In this document: positions 10,964 to 19,647 of the stretch, piece by piece
Layout: the number at the start of each line of letters is the position of its first letter
Position numbering within the stretch: the stretch's first letter is position 1
Source: Okeania sp.
GTDB taxonomy: Bacteria > Cyanobacteriota > Cyanobacteriia > Cyanobacteriales > Microcoleaceae
Assembly (NCBI RefSeq): GCF_035285525.1
Contig: NZ_JAYKGW010000141.1
Span: 1 to 32,000 of the forward strand
Direction: 5' to 3'
Length of the DNA: 32,000 bases
Made by a program: the position numbers and the translations under genes
The notes under the pieces: model-generated
Databases searched by the model: none
Seen by the model: the letters and a program-made list of their open reading frames with translations, nothing else
Told to the model about the DNA's origin: nothing

Positions 10964-10991
10964 GTAGGGATGCTGACAACATCCCTTTTTT
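10964..10991 (+). terminator. candidate Rho-independent terminator downstream of the Omp85 gene
   Basis: Stem GGGATG (10967-10972) / CATCCC (10980-10985), 7-nt loop, then T6 (10986-10991). It derives from the GTAGGGA(C/T)G hairpin repeat family. Confidence 0.35.
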
Positions 10992-11003
10992 ATGGTGCTT
11001 TAA

Positions 11004-11117
11004 TCAGTATTTATACTGTATTAATTATCTCTATTTAATTTTTTTGATTCGTCAAATTCTCAGGAAAATTGTCAGCGTAAATACTGACTTAATTGGTGAC
11101 TAATATGACTTTCTCCT
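11004..11117. repeat. 114-bp dispersed repeat, copy 1 (second copy 11638-11751)
   Basis: tcagtatttatactgta...attcgtcaaattctcaggaaaatt...actgacttaatt...atgactttctcct is shared by both copies. Confidence 0.85.
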
Positions 11118-11411
11118 AACTTTATACTACATTATATGATGCGGAATGTAGGTTATATAATTGAGGAGTTAAAAGGGCAAAAAATTTAGAACAATTTAGT
11201 ATAGCTAAACAGTAAAAAGTTTTCTATAGAAAATTAATTAAGCAATTAAGCAGATTTAAGATTGTTTATTGATGAAATGCTAATGCTATGGGAACAAAAT
11301 TAGTAGATGCACCCAAGATGGTTATTTCAGATGGGGAATGGATAATTTTATTTTTTCTTCCCTTGAAAAAGAGAAGGCTTGAAACCTAATTTTTTTTGCT
11401 TAAAACTTATG

Positions 11412-11501
11412 AGGACTTACTCATGGACGCTATATGTAGGGTGCGTTACTACATATGCAAAGGCACCAAGGCTCTATATATAGTGCCTTTGCGTAAGTCC
11501 T
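11412..11501. mobile_element. MITE-like element (AGGACTTAC... family)
   Basis: Termini aggacttactca / tgcgtaagtcct. The internal part is similar to copy 30136-30226 (gacgctat.tgtagg.tgcgttac...caccaag.ctctatatatagtgcc). Confidence 0.6.
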
Positions 11502-11637
11502 GCTTATGTTATAGCAGCTATAGTCTAGAAGTCAAAAGTTTTAGGTGAGCAAAAATTTATCCAATTAGTACAAATGATTTATCCCACATTCAGTACTCAA
11601 AGTTGTAGCACCAAAATCATGAAGAGTAGTGCTTGGG

Positions 11638-11751
11638 TCAGTATTTATACTGTATAAATTATCTCTATCTAACTTTATTTATTCGTCAAATTCTCAGGAA
11701 AATTTTCAGTATCAACACTGACTTAATTGTTGATTACTATGACTTTCTCCT
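11638..11751. repeat. 114-bp dispersed repeat, copy 2
   Basis: See 11004-11117. Confidence 0.85.
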
Positions 11752-12059
11752 GTTTGCTAAGCATTCCGTAGGAAATTATGACTTTTGACCCCGATTACAT
11801 ACTATAATCTGTTATACAAAATATAGGATTTAGACATAATTTAAACACTAATAGTGTATTTTCTCCTATTCAGAGTTTGTATGTGGTGAAAGATATCAAT
11901 TGTTTGTTTCAGATTTAGCTAGTTTTTGCAGTGATCGCTATCACATAAATAATGTGATTCTCTAGCAATCTATTAAATCAAACTCGAAATTAGTAGATGT
12001 AGCCAAGATAGTTAGGTCAGTAAAGATTGATCCAATTACTATGGATGGTTTACTTTATA

Positions 12060-12290
12060 TTACCGTTGTTGATCTGTACGTTCTTGACCTGGTGTAATAT
12101 TTTCGTCATCCCTTTCTATCTGAGCAGTTTCATCAATCTGAGCAATTAGAACTTCCCATGAGTCTTGTTGACCAAATTGTAATTGTTTTTGAGCTGTAAA
12201 ATTACTCTTAATTCCTGAAATCATATTGATTTCTGTTGATACAGAGCTAGCAAGAACCATAAAAATAAGTGAGGCTATGTATTTAGACAT
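12060..12290 (-). CDS. small signal-peptide protein (76 aa), paralog of 13002-13208
   Basis: Hydrophobic N-terminus. The conserved core KSNF.AQKQLQF.QQ.SWE.LIAQ.DET.Q...ITPGQ.R.D is shared with the paralog. Substitutions between the two copies preserve the reading frame, which supports real coding. Confidence 0.5.
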   Translation of the reverse strand: MSKYIASLIFMVLASSVSTEINMISGIKSNFTAQKQLQFGQQDSWEVLIAQIDETAQIERDDENITPGQERTDQQR

Positions 12291-12384
12291 GATTTAAACA
12301 TTAATAGTGTATTTTCTCCTGTTCAGAGTTTGTATGTGGTGAAAGATATGAATTATTAGTTTGAGATTTTAGTGGATATTTGCA

Positions 12385-12412
12385 GTGATAACGATCACAT
12401 CAATAATGTGAT
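12385..12412. promoter_or_regulatory. three-half-site palindrome GTGAT-N4-ATCACAT-N5-ATGTGAT (best copy of five)
   Basis: GTGAT 12385-12389, ATCACAT 12394-12400, ATGTGAT 12406-12412. Equivalent sites lie at 11931-11958, 12608-12635, 12774-12801 (GTGAC variant) and 12885-12912 (ATCGCAT variant). All sit upstream (sense = minus strand) of the small-gene copies. Confidence 0.45.
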
Positions 12413-13001
12413 TTTTTAGTTATCTGTTAAATCAAAAACGAAAGAAATTAGTAGATGTACCCAAGATAGTTAGATTAGTAAAAATCTATCCAATTACTAT
12501 GGATGGTCTATTTTTACTGCGGTTGTTGGTCTCTACCTTCTTGACCTGGTGTAATATTTTTGTCAGAAGACACCAATTATTGTTCAAAAATTTAGGTAGT
12601 CTTTGCAGTGATAATGATCACATCAATAATGTGATTTTTTAGTGATCTGTTAAATCGAAGTCGAAATGAGCAGATGCACCCAAGATAGTTAGGTCAGTCA
12701 AGATTGCTCCAATTAGTATGGATGATCTTATGTAGATATTAATTATTAGTTTAAGATTTAGTTCCTATATGCCGTGACTACGATCACATAAATAATGTGA
12801 TTTTTTGCTTAGTCCCTTAAACTAAAGTCAAAATTAGTACAAGATATATTAATTATTAGTTCGAGATTTAGTTACTCTATGCTGTGACTACGATCGCATA
12901 AATAATGTGATTTTCTACTTAGTCCCTTAAATCAAAGTCAAAATTAGTAGATGCTCCCAATTATAGTTAAGTTAGTAAAGATTGCTCGAATTAATTCTTT
13001 T

Positions 13002-13208
13002 TTATTCCTGTTGTTCGTCTCCACGAGTTTGACCTGGTGTAATATCCTGCTCCGTTTCATCTGTCTGAGCAATTAGAAGTTCCCATGACTCTTGTTGATC
13101 AAATTGTAATTGTTTTTGAGCTATGAAATTACTCTTAACTGCTGAAATTATATTGAGTCCAGTTAATACAGAAGTGGTAAGAATGATTGAAACTATGCAC
13201 TTAGCCAT
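13002..13208 (-). CDS. small signal-peptide protein (68 aa), paralog of 12060-12290
   Basis: Same conserved core and 5' leader (gatttaaacatta.taatagtgt...ttcct) as the 12060-12290 copy. Confidence 0.5.
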   Translation of the reverse strand: MAKCIVSIILTTSVLTGLNIISAVKSNFIAQKQLQFDQQESWELLIAQTDETEQDITPGQTRGDEQQE

Positions 13209-13750
13209 GATTTAAACATTAGTAATAGTGTGTGTTTTCCTATTCACATTTCGTGTTTAGAATCCGGAAACTATACAACTATGCTTAAATCATGTTTTCC
13301 TAAGTAGCATTACAAAAGAAAAGTCTGGATCATTTATATAGAAAATTTAAGTTATAGCAAGATTAAAGAAGTTAGAATGGCAGGAAAATTCTCAAAAATA
13401 ATGTTACAAAAAAAGCATTTCTACTAAAAATACTTAAAAAGGGTTATAATATAGGATTTGCTTAATTTAATATCAAAAAAAATGTGTAAGCATTCCGCAG
13501 TTAGCATTTTCTGCGGAATGGTACGCAAACAGTGGTCAGCTTAAATTTTTAGGACTTATACAAAGGCACTGTAGAACTCCTAACTGAATCTATAAAATTA
13601 GGTAGGGGATGAGGTGATGGGGAGGTGGGGTTATTTCACAGGGGTAGGGGTTTGGTCTCCCAACCCTCTGCAAAATATGACTTTTCGCTCTTTATTCTCT
13701 ATACTTTCCACACTTCTTTGTTTGGGGAGTCTGAGAAGGGTGAGGAGTTC

Positions 13751-14455
13751 CTAAAGTTGAATCTTGGTAATGGCAATATTACCAGCAAAGCAAACATCTA
13801 CATCTGTTCCTGGAGTACGGTCGCGTTCATCATATTTCCCTGTATAATAAAAATCTTCTCCTTCTACCTGATAAGCTACTGGTAATGGTTGGGTAGATGG
13901 TTGGCAAAATATCATTTTTGGGTCTGGTGCTTCTGCTTCTAAATAGGGGAAATTTACGTTCCAAAAAGCTCCTGGTTCAATGGGGCGGTTAAGTAAATCT
14001 GTTAATACTATTTGGGCCAAACGAGTTACTCTTGGCCAGTCCACAGGCTTTTTTCCTTGACGATATTGAGACAAAGCTATTCCTGGAATTCTATGAAATG
14101 CTGCTTCTCTTACTGCTGCTACTGTTCCCGATATATAAACATCTATACCCATATTACCACCTGAGTTAATACCAGAAATTACCCATTTGACATTTTGACT
14201 TATATGTGATAATGCAATTCTTGTGCAATCTGCTGGTGTACCTGCGATCGCATACTCGGTTTCAGAGAGACGCTGGACATTTATCGGACTATTAGTAGTA
14301 ATTTGATGTCCACAGCCAGATAATTGTCCTTGGGGAGCAACAATAATACTTTTGTCGAGAGAGCCTAGAAGTAAATCAGCATTATTGAGAGCCTCCCAAA
14401 GTGCTTTAATTCCAGGAGCATTAATTCCATCATCATTCGTCAAAATAAATGTCAT
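13751..14455 (-). CDS. surE: 5'/3'-nucleotidase SurE
   Basis: 234 aa. MTFILTNDDGINAPGI at the N-terminus and SGINSGGNMG are SurE hallmarks. Confidence 0.92.
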   Translation of the reverse strand: MTFILTNDDGINAPGIKALWEALNNADLLLGSLDKSIIVAPQGQLSGCGHQITTNSPINVQRLSETEYAIAGTPADCTRIALSHISQNVKWVISGINSGGNMGIDVYISGTVAAVREAAFHRIPGIALSQYRQGKKPVDWPRVTRLAQIVLTDLLNRPIEPGAFWNVNFPYLEAEAPDPKMIFCQPSTQPLPVAYQVEGEDFYYTGKYDERDRTPGTDVDVCFAGNIAITKIQL

Positions 14456-14731
14456 ATTCTTTAATAGTTTAAACTTAGTTAACGTTTTTTTACCATATAA
14501 TATATCTTTGGTATGTATTAAAAGTAATAGACATCTTCAGAAAAGAGGGAACAGGGAACAGTTATGGGGAAAAAGAGATGATTAATTGATTCTTTATGGA
14601 TAAGAATTGATTATATTTTGAATTTTTGGAAATATCTAATAAGTACGTAAGCAAAATTAATTATATATTCTATTGACTTCTGGTTATTCCTTTCCTTTTC
14701 CCTGTTCCCTCTCTCAACTAAAGTTACTATC

Positions 14732-14825
14732 AGGACTTACGCAGCCACCCTAGATATAGTGCTTAAAACCCCATACGCAATAGTTTTTCAGATCTATTTA
14801 TATATAGTACCTTTGTGTAAGTCTT
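14732..14825. mobile_element. MITE-like element (AGGACTTAC... family)
   Basis: Termini aggacttacgca / tgtgtaagtctt. Confidence 0.55.
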
Positions 14826-14882
14826 GAGTATAATTAGGTTGATTATTATGAAAAATAGTATTATATTGAAATATTTATAAAT

Positions 14883-15075
14883 GTAAGCATTCAGCTATTA
14901 ATATCAAATCCACTTTTGGAGAATAAAATTAATATTGGCAAAAACTTAAATATTGGTAAGGTTTGGAGATCAAACCTCTACAATATTGAATTGTACCAAT
15001 ATTACTGAATTTGATATTATTTGTGAAATTTATGCTCTAAAGCTAATAGTTGAAAGCTGAAGGCTGAATGCTTAC
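14883..15075. mobile_element. 193-bp MITE-like element with 13-bp perfect inverted termini
   Basis: GTAAGCATTCAGC at 14883-14895 and GCTGAATGCTTAC at 15063-15075. It encloses a GGTTTGGAGA.CAAACC hairpin repeat and lies directly upstream of the helicase-TPR gene. Confidence 0.45.
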
Positions 15076-15111
15076 TAATAAATTCAAAGATAAAAATTGG
15101 AAAGTCAGTGT

Positions 15112-18100
15112 ATGTTATTACCCGCAGTTTTACACCCTGATATAGTAGAGTTTCTCCGCAAAGAGGTAGAAAGTAATTTACAAAAGAAAGTTTGGGAATG
15201 TATTCAAAGATTGAAGCAGCAAAAATTTAATAGTGGACTGCGGGTAAAAAAGCTCAAAGGAATAAACAAAAGAGTATGGGAAGCTAGAATTAATAGTGCT
15301 AGTCGCTTAATTTTCACATACGATAAATCACAACGACCAGAAACAGGAGAAACAGAAGTTTATTTAGTAATTCAAGATATTTGTTTAGACCATGATGATG
15401 TATCGCGACGTGCTAAAGCCAGACAAAAAAAACCTGATTATGAATGGCTAGAAACAACAGAATTTGAATTAATTGTAGAGACGAAAAGTTTCCAAATTCA
15501 AGATGATGATGCAGATGAAAATGTATCATATTCATCAGCAGAAGAAGCGAATATTGAAGCAGCAAAAGCTTTAGATTTAGAAATAAATTCAGATTTCACA
15601 GATGACGAGTTATTAGGAAATGTTGAGTGGCGAGTATTAGAGTCAGAAACAGAATGGCAAAAAGCGATTATTGAGCAAAATACAGATTTACCTTTAAAGC
15701 TAACGCCAGAAGAATATAAATTAGCTAAATTGTCAGGAAATTTATTATTAAATGGTAGTGCAGGTACAGGAAAAACTACCATCGCATTATATAGAATGCT
15801 GCAAAAAAAACCAGGTAGTAATTTAGGGAAACGTTTATATATTGCCTATAACAATTTGCTAGTTAATAATGCTGAAGAACAATTCCAGAAAATACTAACT
15901 ACGAATAGTCCATTAGAATTAGAATCAGAATCCCAAGACTCAACAAATAAAATAGTTTTTGAATTTAAAAATCTGCAAAAACTATGTTTAGAAATTCTCA
16001 GTAATTGTCAAATAAATTATTCTTCTCAAGATGAAGTAAACTATCAAGTATTCTCGGAAATGTACAAAGCCCATCCTAGTAGAAAACAATATTCAACAAC
16101 TTTAGTTTGGGAAGAAATTAGAGGTATGATTAAGGGTAAACAACTAGAAATTACACGAAGTATTTTATCAGAAAAAGAATATCAAAAAATCAGTAAAAAT
16201 AGCATAACATCAATGTATGTTAAGCAGAGAAAAGAAATATATAAAATAGCGGAATGGTATCAAAAAAAGCTAGAAAAAGAAAGATTGTATGATGAAATAG
16301 ATTTAGTCAGAGAAGTGCTGAGATTAATCAAAAAAGATGCTATTGAACAATATGATTTAATTGTTTGTGATGAAGTACAAGATTTAACAGAAATACAGTT
16401 AAAATTATTATTTGATTTAGCTTCTCCTAGTGGAAATTTGTTTTTTGCGGGAGATTCCTATCAAATGATTAGTCCTAGTGGTTTTCGATGGGAAACTCTA
16501 AAAGATAAATTTTATCCAGATAGAACAGTAGATGAACAAACTCTGAAATTTAACTTTCGGAGTGTAGGTAGTTTAGTAAAATTAGCGAATCAACTACTAA
16601 AATTACGTTCTAGATATTTAGCAGAACCGACAATCTATTATTCAAAAACTAATAGTTTTTATGGTCAACCAGCTAGACTAATTTCCGCAGATAATCAAAC
16701 ATTAGTAAGAATATTAAAAGAAACATCCATAAGTCCTGGCGATGCTATTTTAGTTAGAAAAGAATCAGATAAAGAAAAAATTAGAGCTGAACTAAATTCC
16801 AGTTTTGTTTTTACAATAGAAGAAATAAAAGGATTAGAATTTGATACAGTTTTTATCGTAGATTTTTTTCAGACACAAGCAAAACTTTGGGGTAAAGCAA
16901 TACGGGGTGGGGTACTAAAAGAAAAAGAAAAACCACAACTTCAACTAGAATTAAACTTACTTTATGTAGCAATTACCCGTGCCAGTAGAATATTAAATAT
17001 TTGGGAATCTAAACTTAGTCAACTTTGGCAAGAATCAGAATTAATAGGTTTATTTCAGTCAATAATTCCCGAATTAGTTACAAGTGATCGTATAGAACCT
17101 AGTTTAGAAACATGGCGTAAACAAGGAGAATATTATCTCAAAGCCGAATTTTATCAACAAGCAAAAGAATGCTTTAGTAAATCTGGGGATATAACTTTAG
17201 AAAAACACACTGAAGCTAAATTATTAATTCAAAAACAACTTTATAATGAAGCAGTAGAAATTTTACTTGAGTTAACAGAATGGCAAGAAGCAGCAGTTTT
17301 ATTTGAAAAATTAGAAAAGTGGCAAGAAGCAGGAATATGTTGGGCAAACATTGGGGAATATAATCACGAAAAAATTTGTGAAGCTTATCAACTAGAATCA
17401 AGTTCAAAATGGTCAGAAGCAGCTAAAAAATGGGAAGAAGTTTCAAATTTTGCTAATGCTAAACGTTGCTGGATGAATGTTCCCGAAAAAAAAGCAGAAT
17501 ATTCTGCTATGGAATTAGAAGAAAAGGAAGAATGGTTAAAAGCTGCCCTTGAATATGAGGTAGCCAAAATGCCAGACAAAGCAATATTTTGCAGAGCTAG
17601 AGAATATCAAAAGAGAAACCGATGGGAAGAAGCTATTAGTCGGTATGAATCAGTTGGTATGGACGAAGAAGCTGAAAAATGTCGCCAAGAAGCAATCAAT
17701 ATACTGTATAAACGAGGATTATTTAAGCTAAAAAACAAAGATTATAATGGCGCTCTAGAAGACTATAATCGCGCTCTAGTTTTAGAGTCAAATAATCATC
17801 TGTTATATCAGAATAAAGCTATTATTCTGGCGGAAATGGGAAACCTAAAAGAAGCAGCCAAAAATTTTAAAAGAGCATTAGAAATAGAACCCGAACATGT
17901 TCAAAGTTATTATAATTTAGGAGCAGCTTATGTAGAACTAGGAGAGTTTAATCTGGCTATAAAAGTTTTTTCCCAAGCTCTGGAATCAGGTTTTCGAGAC
18001 TATCAAATCTACCAAAACTTAGGAGTAGCTTATTTTAAAGCAGGAGACCACCAAGAAGCTATAGTAAATTATAATCAAGCTATAACACTTAATCCCCATA

Positions 18101-19485
18101 AACCAGAAATTTATTATAACCGAGGTGTTGCTCATCGTTTTCATGGAAATAATCAAAATGCAATTGATGACTTGACAAAAGTATTACAACTCAATCCTCA
18201 AGCAGCAGATGCTTATACCCAACGAGGTATTGTTAAATGTGACATGAGGGATCTCAAAGGAGCAACTGCGGACTTTGATGAAGCTATTAAACTTAATCCG
18301 CAAGATCCTGAACCTATCTATAAGCGAGCTATAATTCGTCGTATGTATAAAGATAATGAAGGTTCACTAGCTGATTTTAATGAAGTTATCAAGATTCGTC
18401 CTAAGTATGCAGATGCTTACATTAGACGAGGTAGAGTTCGTTTTGAACTTGACGATCATTTAGGCGCCCTAGATGACTTAGACTACGCAGTGCAACTGCA
18501 ACCTAAAAATGCAGAAGCTTATTATCATCGAGGTAATACGAAACTTAGTCTGTCTAATTTTGATGGTGCAAGATATGACTTTGAGGTGGCGATCACCTAT
18601 AAGCATGAATATTATCAAGCTTATAACGATTTGGGTGTTGTGTATCTGAGAACAGGAGATATTTTAGCTGCTATCAGAAACTTTGAAACAGCTATACAAA
18701 TTAACTCCCATTATGCTGATGCTTATAATAATCTAGGTTATACGAAATTTAATCTAGGGTATTCAGGAGCAATAAAACTTTTAGAAAAAGCTATAGAAAT
18801 TAATCCTAACTACGCTGAAGCATACAATAATTTGGGAAATTGTCGCCTGAAAACAAGAGATTTTCAGGGAGCAATAAGAGACTTTGGAGAAATTCTACGC
18901 ATTAATCCTAAGCACATTTCAGCTCTGAATAATCGAGCTTTAGCATATTTGAGATTAGAAGATTTCTCCAAAGCGATCGCTGATTGTCATACAGTGCTAG
19001 AAATTGCTCCCAACTATGCTTTAGCTTACTACAATTTAGGCTTAATTCACACTGAGATGGGAGATTTAGAGCAAGCCATTTTAGACTACAATGAATCATT
19101 AAGACTGTCTCCCCAAAATATTGACAGTTATATGAATCGAGGTCGAGTTTATTATAAGTTAAACAACTATACCCAAGCAGTTCAGGATCAAACCAGTGCT
19201 TTGAGTATTAATCCTAATATTCCTCAAGCTTATCGTTTGCGTAGCGAAGGATATATTCAATTAGGACAATTAAAAGAAGCTATTAATGATTTACAGAAAG
19301 CAGTAGATATTTACCAGCAACAAGCAAAACCACAAGAATACAAAAATATGAGCGCTTTAATTGAGAAAGTGGAAATCAGGAATCAAGAGTCAAGATTATT
19401 TAGGAGTCGAGACCAAAGAAAATCACCAAGATTTACTGGTTATTTTAATAATCTTGATCCGGACTTTAATAGCAAACCAGGTTGA
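15112..19485 (+). CDS. fusion protein: RelE/ParE-like N-domain + UvrD/REP-type SF1 helicase + long TPR array
   Basis: The ORF is open from TTG 15097; the first ATG is at 15112. The N-terminal KKLKGINKRVWEARINSASRLIFTY...VYLVIQDICLDHDDV follows the RelE/ParE toxin pattern. Walker A GSAGTGKTT (nt ~15754-15780), Walker B LIVCDEVQD (~16353-16382), KGLEFDTVFIVD and LYVAITRASR are SF1 motifs. From about aa 680 to 1400 there are about 20 TPR units (A.YYN.G.AY...G....AI..F..A....P). Confidence 0.85.
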   Translation: MLLPAVLHPDIVEFLRKEVESNLQKKVWECIQRLKQQKFNSGLRVKKLKGINKRVWEARINSASRLIFTYDKSQRPETGETEVYLVIQDICLDHDDVSRRAKARQKKPDYEWLETTEFELIVETKSFQIQDDDADENVSYSSAEEANIEAAKALDLEINSDFTDDELLGNVEWRVLESETEWQKAIIEQNTDLPLKLTPEEYKLAKLSGNLLLNGSAGTGKTTIALYRMLQKKPGSNLGKRLYIAYNNLLVNNAEEQFQKILTTNSPLELESESQDSTNKIVFEFKNLQKLCLEILSNCQINYSSQDEVNYQVFSEMYKAHPSRKQYSTTLVWEEIRGMIKGKQLEITRSILSEKEYQKISKNSITSMYVKQRKEIYKIAEWYQKKLEKERLYDEIDLVREVLRLIKKDAIEQYDLIVCDEVQDLTEIQLKLLFDLASPSGNLFFAGDSYQMISPSGFRWETLKDKFYPDRTVDEQTLKFNFRSVGSLVKLANQLLKLRSRYLAEPTIYYSKTNSFYGQPARLISADNQTLVRILKETSISPGDAILVRKESDKEKIRAELNSSFVFTIEEIKGLEFDTVFIVDFFQTQAKLWGKAIRGGVLKEKEKPQLQLELNLLYVAITRASRILNIWESKLSQLWQESELIGLFQSIIPELVTSDRIEPSLETWRKQGEYYLKAEFYQQAKECFSKSGDITLEKHTEAKLLIQKQLYNEAVEILLELTEWQEAAVLFEKLEKWQEAGICWANIGEYNHEKICEAYQLESSSKWSEAAKKWEEVSNFANAKRCWMNVPEKKAEYSAMELEEKEEWLKAALEYEVAKMPDKAIFCRAREYQKRNRWEEAISRYESVGMDEEAEKCRQEAINILYKRGLFKLKNKDYNGALEDYNRALVLESNNHLLYQNKAIILAEMGNLKEAAKNFKRALEIEPEHVQSYYNLGAAYVELGEFNLAIKVFSQALESGFRDYQIYQNLGVAYFKAGDHQEAIVNYNQAITLNPHKPEIYYNRGVAHRFHGNNQNAIDDLTKVLQLNPQAADAYTQRGIVKCDMRDLKGATADFDEAIKLNPQDPEPIYKRAIIRRMYKDNEGSLADFNEVIKIRPKYADAYIRRGRVRFELDDHLGALDDLDYAVQLQPKNAEAYYHRGNTKLSLSNFDGARYDFEVAITYKHEYYQAYNDLGVVYLRTGDILAAIRNFETAIQINSHYADAYNNLGYTKFNLGYSGAIKLLEKAIEINPNYAEAYNNLGNCRLKTRDFQGAIRDFGEILRINPKHISALNNRALAYLRLEDFSKAIADCHTVLEIAPNYALAYYNLGLIHTEMGDLEQAILDYNESLRLSPQNIDSYMNRGRVYYKLNNYTQAVQDQTSALSINPNIPQAYRLRSEGYIQLGQLKEAINDLQKAVDIYQQQAKPQEYKNMSALIEKVEIRNQESRLFRSRDQRKSPRFTGYFNNLDPDFNSKPG

Positions 19486-19545
19486 TGAGATAATATTGGT
19501 CTTTAGAGGTATTTAATACAAACCTGGATTTTATACTTTTTGATC

Positions 19546-19646
19546 GGGACTGATCACACGCGCAACCAAGAAACCGGGTTTATCGCTCTGATATTGTCGT
19601 TAAAACCACGAAATTCTTTCATAAACCCGGTTTCTGCATAAGCCCT
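19546..19646. mobile_element. MITE-like element, left flank of the four-gene island
   Basis: Perfect 15-bp internal inverted repeat AGAAACCGGGTTTAT (19569-19583) / ATAAACCCGGTTTCT (19621-19635). It ends 1 nt from the stop codon (19648-19650) of the 990-aa gene. It is a direct-orientation homolog of 28289-28389. Confidence 0.6.
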
Positions 19647-19647
19647 G

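Larger units (their letters stand above)
11826..13260 (-). repeat. degenerate tandem array of a small-gene cassette (2 intact genes, 2 gene remnants, 5 leader modules)
   Basis: 5' gene remnant ATGTCTAAATCC at 11837-11826. 3' gene remnant 12514-12564 encodes DKNITPGQEGRDQQPQ*. A leader module with the GTGAT/ATCACAT/ATGTGAT palindrome recurs at about 11931, 12385, 12608, 12774 and 12885. The motif aaattagtagatg.acccaagatagtta recurs at 11988, 12447, 12667 and 12938, and also at 11298. Confidence 0.85.

Noticed and set aside
12394-12418. Hairpin ATCACAT-N5-ATGTGAT followed by T6, considered as a plus-strand Rho-independent terminator
   Set aside because: The stem is only 7 bp with 2 G:C pairs, and no plus-strand gene ends upstream of it. 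It is kept only as one alternative reading within the palindrome finding.
12300-13000. Possible CRISPR array, considered for this region and for 22.7-23.1 kb
   Set aside because: The repeats are long (>40 nt), imperfect and irregularly spaced. The intervening segments are themselves homologous to each other. No cas genes are present in the window.
13625-13885. 86-aa plus-strand ORF
   Set aside because: It overlaps the 3' end of surE in antisense and starts in a G-rich repeat.
15498-19099. Several 63-94-aa minus-strand ORFs inside the helicase-TPR gene
   Set aside because: They are antisense shadows within a long, well-supported ORF in AT-rich DNA.
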